The notes below the pieces were generated by a model that was not told the origin of the DNA, ran no database searches, and was given only the letters and a program-made list of their open reading frames with translations. Below, one piece after another: positions 1-5,169 of a stretch of 5,280 nucleotides of DNA. The stretch lies in contig AB063523.1 in assembly GCA_000008885.1 (NCBI GenBank), positions 1-5,280 on the forward strand, written 5' to 3'. Made by a program: the position numbers and the translations under genes. Origin of the DNA: Wigglesworthia glossinidia endosymbiont of Glossina brevipalpis. GTDB taxonomy: Bacteria > Pseudomonadota > Gammaproteobacteria > Enterobacterales > Enterobacteriaceae. The number at the start of each line of letters is the position of its first letter. The first letter of the stretch is position 1.

Positions 1-18
1 TTTTTTTTTTTTTTTTTT
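1..18. repeat. T18 homopolymer tract (A18 on the minus strand) in the ori-proximal intergenic region
   Basis: Read directly: 18 consecutive T, bounded by 'a' at 19 and by 'a' at 5280 if the molecule is circular. It lies about 110 bp upstream of the iteron array. Confidence 0.95.
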
Positions 19-128
19 AGAAAAATTTGTCTAATTTTCGGTTAAAAGATAAGTTATATTTAGTTAAAACAAGTTAAGCAAAAAAATATGCTTGATGAAG
101 CCTTATTCCAACAGTGTTTTTTTTTGAC

Positions 129-211
129 TAAGGTTTTTAAATCACGAGAAAAAGTTTTTAAATCACGAGAAAAAGTTTTTAAATCACGATTCAAAAGTTT
201 TTAAATCACGA
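129..211 (+). repeat. Replication-origin iteron array: four direct repeats with 21, 21 and 22 bp spacing
   Basis: The 15-nt core gtttttaaatcacga occurs at 133-147, 154-168, 175-189 and 197-211. The 19-mer aaaagtttttaaatcacga is perfect at 150-168, 171-189 and 193-211. The first copy (129-147) starts taag instead of aaaa. A period of about two helical turns, directly upstream of a Rep gene and flanked by very AT-rich DNA, is the classical theta-plasmid iteron arrangement. Confidence 0.9.
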
Positions 212-392
212 TTGATAGTAAAATTTTTATTAAAAATTTATTTTATTATTACAGTAAATAAATTAGTATCAGAATATTTGAATAATAAATGCATTTTCTT
301 AAAATATATCAATCAAATAAATTTATTAGCTAATAATATAAAAGAAAATTATTTAATTAATTTTTTATTTTGAATTTTTTTTGGGAAAAATA

Positions 393-1220
393 ATGAATTT
401 AGAAGAGAAAAAAGTTTTTTTAAAAAAAAACAAAAAAATAAAAGAATTTTTCATTGCAGATGATGTTAAAATTTCAAGTTTTAGAAACGAAATAATGAGC
501 ATGGAACATCCAATTTTTTCTTTAAAAGGTGGAGATACTAGAATAAGAATTTATGAATATGGAAATGTTATAATTAAGATAAAACCAACAGCAGATGGGA
601 TTGCTAATATTTTTGATAAAGATATATGGATATATAGTATATCTAAATTACAAAGCGAAATTAATAAAAATAATAGCAAGATAAGCAAAGCAATATGTTT
701 CACACCTTATGATTTTTTTATTAGCACTAAAAGAAATAAAAGCGGAAGATCTTACGAAGAGCTTAGAAAAGCTTTGTCCAGATTAAAAGGTACTATAATT
801 GAAACAAATATTTTTTACTCAAAAAACAAGAAAAAATCTTTGAGTTTTGGTTTGATAGATAGTTGGAAAATATTAGAAGAAAAAAAAGGAAAACTTAACA
901 TTGGAATGATAGAGATTATTTTACCTGAGTGGTTATATGTAGCTTTAAAAAATAAAAGAATACTTAAAATAAGTGAAGATTACTTCAAAATTAGAAAATC
1001 AATAGATAGAAGAATATACGAAATAGCAAGAAAACATTGTGGTAATCAAAAGTTTTTTAAAATTTCTACTAAAAAATTATATCTAAAAACAGGAAGTACA
1101 TCTTTATTAAAAATGTTTAAACACAATTTAAAAAGATTAGTAAGAAAAAATAATTTACCTGATTACAATATAAGATACAATCTATATAAAGATATAATTA
1201 CATTTAGTAAACGATTTTAG
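393..1220 (+). CDS. repA: Plasmid replication initiator RepA ('replication initiator protein A'/RPA-like family)
   Basis: The ORF track gives 381-1220 starting at TTG. I prefer the ATG at 393 (MNLEEKK...) because ggga at 383-386 sits about 6 nt upstream. Motifs MEHPIFSL, DTRIRIYEYG, IFDKDIWIYSISKL, YEELRKALSRLKGTIIETNI, FGLIDSW and RRIYEIARKHCG match what I recall of the RPA-type Rep family (HPFFSL ... ERRLYELARKHCG). The adjacent iterons support the call. Confidence 0.85.
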   Translation: MNLEEKKVFLKKNKKIKEFFIADDVKISSFRNEIMSMEHPIFSLKGGDTRIRIYEYGNVIIKIKPTADGIANIFDKDIWIYSISKLQSEINKNNSKISKAICFTPYDFFISTKRNKSGRSYEELRKALSRLKGTIIETNIFYSKNKKKSLSFGLIDSWKILEEKKGKLNIGMIEIILPEWLYVALKNKRILKISEDYFKIRKSIDRRIYEIARKHCGNQKFFKISTKKLYLKTGSTSLLKMFKHNLKRLVRKNNLPDYNIRYNLYKDIITFSKRF

Positions 1221-1343
1221 TATAAAAAATTTATTTATTAAATTTCCTTATTTTTCAAAGAAAATAAAATTTGAAATTTTTAATATGTGATTGATTAATT
1301 TTATATCTAAAAAATCAAATGTAAGCCCCTTAGAAGGGTTGAA

Positions 1344-1355
1344 ATGGATTATTAA
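1344..1355 (+). other. Three-codon mini-ORF (ATG GAT TAT TAA; M-D-Y) with its own SD, 5 nt upstream of the speG start
   Basis: AAGGG at 1334-1338 lies 5 nt before ATG 1344-1346. The TAA stop is at 1353-1355 and speG starts at ATG 1361, in a different frame. speG itself has no SD within normal range. Confidence 0.25.
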
Positions 1356-1360
1356 TATAA

Positions 1361-1885
1361 ATGGTACAATATTTAAAGAAAATCAAACTAAGACCTTTAG
1401 AACGAGATGATTTAACATTTATTCATCAATTAGATAATAATGCTAGCGTAATGAGGTATTGGTTTGAAGAACCTTATGAAGCTTTTGTAGAATTGACAGA
1501 TCTTTATGATAAACATATACATGATCAATCTGAAAGAAGATTTATAATAGAATATAGTTCGTATAAAGTTGGTTTAGTAGAACTTGTAGAAATAAATTAC
1601 ATACACAGACGTGCTGAGTTTCAAATTATTATAGACCCTAATTACCAGGGAAAAGGATATGCTGTTTCTGCTACAAAATTAGCAATAAATTATGCGTTTT
1701 CTATACTAAATTTATATAAACTATATCTTGTAGTAGATGAAAGTAATGAAAAAGCAATTCATATTTATTTAAAATTAGGATTTATAATAGAAGGAAGATT
1801 GATTCATGAATTTTTCAGCAATGGGAAATATAGAGATGTTATAAGAATGTGTGTTTTTCAAAATAATTTTAACAATAAATATTAA
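1361..1885 (+). CDS. speG: Spermidine N1-acetyltransferase (GNAT family)
   Basis: The product is near-colinear with remembered E. coli SpeG: [49 protein letters not shown] ... [24 protein letters not shown] ... [39 protein letters not shown]. It starts at an ATG with no SD, ends at TAA 1883-1885, and is about 12 aa shorter at the C-terminus than E. coli SpeG. Confidence 0.95.
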
Positions 1886-2601
1886 AATACTTCTGATATA
1901 GAGTGTGATATTTGATTTTCTATTTCTTTTTTTGCTTCGTAAAATTCTAAATTAACTTTATTAGCGTAAGAATATATTCTCGTTTTGTAAAAATTTCTTT
2001 TTCCTTCTTTAGATTTGGGATTTATTACATTTTTTATTTTTTCTTTAGAATTTAAATGAAATCTATCAAATTTAGAACATAGTATATTTGTTCTTTGAGA
2101 AATTTGTAAATCTGTTACAACAATAAAATTGTTATTTTCAAAAAATGATTTAGATATTTTTTCTATAAAATTATTTTCTTCCTCATTTTCTTTATTACAT
2201 AAACCAGGTGTATGATGTATATCATCTAAATATTGTTCTAAACAGTGGTGTAATAAATTATCTTTATTTTCTAATTTAATTTGTTCTATTCTTAAAATAT
2301 TTGCTTGTATCCAATAATTGGCTTCTTCTGGATAATAAGTTATTAAATAACCTTTGGATTTTAAAATGCTGGATATTTTTGTTTTTATTCCGTTAATTTC
2401 CCTATTAGAAGTATTTTTTACTTGAATATATACGGTTTTATCTTCGGAAGGGTTCAAATATATAGTTTTATTCATATATGTATTTACTTCAAGATTTCTT
2501 TTTTTTACAAAAGTATTTATAGTTTCACAACCTATAAGAGAAGTACATACAATAAAAACAATTATTAATCTAAATTTATTTAATTCAATAAAGAATTTCA
2601 T
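1882..2601 (-). CDS. traT: TraT/YlpA-family outer-membrane lipoprotein (complement-resistance / surface-exclusion protein homolog) with a divergent central region
   Basis: The N-terminal signal peptide carries a lipobox LIGC, with Cys25 encoded as TGT at 2527-2529. KKRNLEV.T.M..TI.L.P...KTV..Q.KNTS.....G...KI......KGY......A.YWIQAN.L aligns with remembered F-plasmid TraT. So do the C-terminal TD.QI..RT and YKTR..S.ANKVNL.F.EAK motifs. Confidence 0.85.
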
Positions 2602-2734
2602 TTTTTATTTAAAAAGTTAAAAATATTATATCAATTAATATTTATTTTCCAGTTTTATTTAGATTTTTATTTTTCAATAAAAACAAAAAATTTACCTTCT
2701 TTAAATAATTAAATTTTAAAATTTTAAATAATTT

Positions 2735-3676
2735 CTATTTTTTAAATACATTTTTATCTGATTTAATTAATTCAGACATACTTATAATAGAACTAAATAA
2801 ATCTCCTGTATTTAATGGTAACATTATCACTTTACTGCTATTAGAAGATCCTAGTTCTTTTATTGCATTTGTATATTTTTTTGCTATGAAATATTTTATA
2901 GAATTCATATTTCCAGATGATATTGCATCTGAAATTATTTTAGTAGAATAAGCTTCTGCTTCTGAATCTCTTTCTTTTGCTTCTGATTTAAGAAATTCTG
3001 ATTGTCTTTCTCCTTCAGCTTTAAGTATTTGAGATTGTTTTTCTCCTTCAGCTTTAAGTATTTGAGATTGTTTTTCTCCTTCAGCTTTAAGTATTGCAGC
3101 TTGTCTTATTCCTTCTGCTTCTAATATATCTGCTCTTTTTGTTCTTTCAGCTTTCATTTGAGCATTCATAGATTCTATTAATTCTGCTGGAGGACGTATA
3201 TCTTTTATTTCCACCCTTGTAATTTTAACACCCCAAGGTTTTGTAGCTTCATCAACTATGTTTAGTAATTGTATATTTATATTATCTCTCTGAGATAACA
3301 TTTCATCTAATTCCATATTTCCTAAAACAGTTCTCATATTAGTCATAGTTAGATTTATTATTGCAATTTCTAAATTGCTTACTCTGTAAGCAGCATTATT
3401 TGCGTTTGTTATTTGAATAAAGCAAATTGCATCTATTGTTACATTAGCATTGTCTTTTGAAATTATTTCTTGTGATGGGATATCTATTACTCTTTCCATC
3501 ATGTTTATTTTATGTCCTATTCTATCAACAAAAGGAATTATAAAATTTATTCCGGGATTTAAAGTCTCTATATATTTTCCAAATCTTTCTATAGTCCAAT
3601 GATATCCTTGAGGAACAATTTTAATGCTAATTAATATACTTAAAATAGTGAATATAATTAATATTGTAGTTATCAT
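2735..3676 (-). CDS. qmcA: SPFH/band-7 (stomatin-prohibitin-like) inner-membrane protein QmcA/YbbK
   Basis: Identity to remembered E. coli QmcA is very high throughout: KIVPQGY.WT.ERFG.Y...L.PG......[123 protein letters not shown]. There is one N-terminal TM helix. Start is ATG, stop is TAG. Confidence 0.95.
3011..3095 (-). repeat. Perfect 33-bp in-frame tandem duplication inside qmcA, with a partial third unit
   Basis: The + strand unit tccttcagctttaagtatttgagattgtttttc occupies 3011-3043 and repeats exactly at 3044-3076. The next 19 nt (3077-3095) repeat the start of the unit. It encodes [11 protein letters not shown] / [11 protein letters not shown] / [11 protein letters not shown]. Confidence 0.95.
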
Positions 3677-3711
3677 TTTAATTTATTGTAATTTTGTTAT
3701 TGTTATTATAT

Positions 3712-4554
3712 TTATTTTTCTTTAGAATATTTTAGATTTACGTCTATTTGTTTATAGGGTATATTAATTTTGTTTTTGTCCAGTTCTATTTTTATTTTTT
3801 CTAAAATGTCTGAAGTTGTTTGTTTTAGTTCTTTTTTGTATACCCATCCTCTAACTAAAAAATCCAAAGAAGATTCGCCTAAGTTTTTCAATCTTACAGT
3901 TATCTTTTTTTCTTTAACTATTCTAGTTTCTTTTTTTAATACATCAATTATTATTTCCTTTACGTTTTTAATATCAGATGTATATTCTGTACTTATTATA
4001 ACTTCCATAAGCCTGTGCAGTTCTTCAGAATAATTAATTATGTTACTTGAAATAATTTTATTATTTGGAATTATTATTATTTTACCATCTTTTGTTTTTA
4101 TTTTTGTACAAAATATTTGCACAGTTTTTATTTTTCCTTTTACACCACATAAATTTACATAATCTCCAGTTCTAAAATATCTTAAAGTTACTAATAAAAC
4201 TCCTGCAGCAAAATTTGACAGAGATCCTTGAAGAGCTAGTCCTATAGCTATTCCGGCAGCACCTATCACTGCTATTATTGATGTAGTTTGTATTCCTATA
4301 CACCCTAAAGAAGTTACTATTGTAAATATTAATATACTATATTTTATAATTGAACAAAAAAATTCAGATATTATTATATCTATATTTTTCTTTATCATAA
4401 AATTTTTTATTATCTTTTGAGTAACCTTTGAAGCAGAGTAACCAACTATTAGGATAATTAAAGATAGTATAATATTTGATATGTATTTTATAAATAGTAT
4501 ATGGTTATCACTTATCCAATTACTTGCATTATCTATCTCTTTATATATATTCAT
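3712..4554 (-). CDS. mscS: Small-conductance mechanosensitive channel MscS (YggB)
   Basis: The product is colinear with remembered E. coli MscS (286 aa versus 280 aa here): ...[41 protein letters not shown]....VQIF.T...T.DGKII.IPN.KII..NIIN.S.E ... TVRL..LG.SS..F.VR.W ... I..PY.Q.DVN.K. It has three N-terminal TM segments. The ATG is at 4552-4554. Confidence 0.95.
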   Translation of the reverse strand: MNIYKEIDNASNWISDNHILFIKYISNIILSLIILIVGYSASKVTQKIIKNFMIKKNIDIIISEFFCSIIKYSILIFTIVTSLGCIGIQTTSIIAVIGAAGIAIGLALQGSLSNFAAGVLLVTLRYFRTGDYVNLCGVKGKIKTVQIFCTKIKTKDGKIIIIPNNKIISSNIINYSEELHRLMEVIISTEYTSDIKNVKEIIIDVLKKETRIVKEKKITVRLKNLGESSLDFLVRGWVYKKELKQTTSDILEKIKIELDKNKINIPYKQIDVNLKYSKEK

Positions 4555-4579
4555 TTTTTAAAAAAATTAATTTCTAAAT

Positions 4580-4622
4580 ATTTTAAATAAAACGCTTCGT
4601 TCTGAAGCGTTTTATTTAAAAT
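4580..4622 (-). terminator. Rho-independent, potentially bidirectional terminator hairpin downstream of ibp
   Basis: This is a perfect inverted repeat with 19-nt arms (4580-4598 and 4604-4622) and a 5-nt loop gttct (4599-4603). The core is cgcttc/gaagcg, flanked by an A-tract on one side and a T-tract on the other. It starts 10 bp after the ibp stop at 4632 and is the only strong GC-containing hairpin I can find in the window. Confidence 0.75.
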
Positions 4623-4631
4623 TAATTTTTA

Positions 4632-5102
4632 TTAAATGTTACATTTATGATCATGTTCTTCGTTTATTGATATCTTTTTTGGTTTTTCTTGATCAGGTAA
4701 ATCATAAAAGAAAGATAAATTTAGTATTCCATGTTTTAGATTAGCATATTTTATTTTTATTTTATGTTCTAATTTAAAGCTTATAGAAAAATTGTTTTTT
4801 AATATTCCTTGATGTATCCAATTTATTTTTTTTGTTTCTTTTTCTTTTTCTTTTTTGCTTTTGGAATTTATATTTAATCTATTATTTATTATTGAAACCT
4901 CTAGTTCTTCTTTTTTATACCCTGGAACGCTTACAGAAAGCTCGTAGTTGTATTTATCTAATTGTATAAGGTTATAATTAGGGTTTTCTGATAAAGGTTG
5001 CTCTCCTGTTATTCTGCTAAATAAATTATCCATTTTGTTAAATCTGTTTGAAATTAAGTTTTCATTTAGATTTGGAATAATTGAAAATGATCTGTAAGTC
5101 AT
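4632..5102 (-). CDS. ibpA: Small heat-shock protein, IbpA/IbpB (alpha-crystallin/Hsp20) family
   Basis: The ORF track starts at TTG 5132. I prefer the ATG at 5100-5102 (MTYRSF...) because AAGGA (complement of 5110-5114) lies 7 nt upstream. PNYN......NYEL...VPG..KEELEV......L.I....., IHQGI....F...F.L...I.I..A.L..G.L.L.. and the C-terminal I-x-I motif (KKISIN versus E. coli RRIEIN) match the Ibp family. There is a Lys/Glu-rich loop (SKSKKEKEKETKK) and a short extra tail, EEHDHKCNI. Confidence 0.9.
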   Translation of the reverse strand: MTYRSFSIIPNLNENLISNRFNKMDNLFSRITGEQPLSENPNYNLIQLDKYNYELSVSVPGYKKEELEVSIINNRLNINSKSKKEKEKETKKINWIHQGILKNNFSISFKLEHKIKIKYANLKHGILNLSFFYDLPDQEKPKKISINEEHDHKCNI

Positions 5103-5109
5103 ATTTTTT

Positions 5110-5114
5110 TCCTT
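5110..5114 (-). promoter_or_regulatory. Shine-Dalgarno sequence (AAGGA) for ibp
   Basis: The minus strand reads ttAAGGAaaaaaatATG. It is one of only about three recognisable SD-like elements in the window. Confidence 0.6.
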
Positions 5115-5141
5115 AAAATATAAAAATATCAAGTCACTTTA

Positions 5142-5169
5142 AAATTTGGTTTTAAAAAAATTTTTCAAG
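5142..5169 (-). promoter_or_regulatory. Candidate sigma-32 (heat-shock) promoter for ibp
   Basis: The minus strand reads gaCTTGAAAaatttttttaaaaCCAAATTTt. CTTGAAA (complement of 5163-5169) matches the sigma-32 -35 consensus. After a 13-nt spacer, CCAAATTT (complement of 5142-5149) is an AT-drifted version of CCCCATNT. It sits about 40 nt upstream of the ibp ATG. E. coli ibpAB is sigma-32 dependent. Confidence 0.4.

Noticed and set aside
103-113. A possible DnaA box (ttattccaaca) in the relatively GC-richer patch upstream of the iterons
   Set aside because: It matches TTATCCACA only if a 1-nt insertion is allowed, or at about 7/9 without one. That is too weak to call by eye, so a position-weight-matrix scan or DnaA footprint would be needed.
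88-204. A 38-codon ORF (MLDEALFQQCFFLTKVFKSREKVFKSREKVFKSRFKSF) running through the iterons
   Set aside because: Its repeated EKVFKSR heptad is just the 21-bp iteron period read in frame. There is no SD, and the frame breaks as soon as the spacing becomes 22 bp. This is most simply a by-product of the origin repeats, not a gene.
129-211. Whether the direct repeats could be a mini CRISPR array
   Set aside because: The gaps between the 19-mer repeats are only 2-3 nt, leaving no spacer-sized unique segments. There are no cas genes, and the position directly upstream of a Rep gene fits iterons.
381-392. TTG start at 381 for repA, and likewise TTG at 5130-5132 for ibp (5103-5132), as used by the ORF track
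   Set aside because: In both cases an in-frame ATG lies a few codons downstream (393 for repA, 5102 for ibp) and has a better purine-rich SD-like element at proper spacing. For ibp, the ATG start also aligns better with Ibp homologs. The extensions are probably not translated, but this is not proven.
212-392. Sigma-70 promoter assignments for repA, and similarly for speG at 1221-1360 and traT at 2602-2734 (e.g. TATAAT on the minus strand at 2625-2630)
   Set aside because: At this A+T content, TATAAT- and TTGAAA-like hexamers occur everywhere. None of the candidate pairs I tried had both good boxes and 16-18 bp spacing. Calling them would be guesswork without 5'-end mapping.
1327-1338. A small hairpin (ccct-taga-aggg) as a repA terminator
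   Set aside because: The stem is only 4 bp and no T-run follows. It is more informative as the SD-like AAGGG for the mini-ORF. No convincing terminator for repA is visible.
2702-2734. A 9-bp direct repeat taaataatt (2702-2710 and 2726-2734) flanking aaattttaaaatttt downstream of qmcA. Similarly, aaattattt appears twice at 5193-5217
   Set aside because: These are short, pure-A/T repeats expected by chance in this composition. They form no stable hairpin and have no associated feature.
3770-4033. An 87-aa ORF on the + strand from the ORF track
   Set aside because: It lies entirely antisense within the well-supported mscS CDS. Its product is low-complexity (Ser/Phe/Ile-rich) with no recognisable motif, start context or SD. 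It is typical of a spurious antisense frame in AT-rich DNA.
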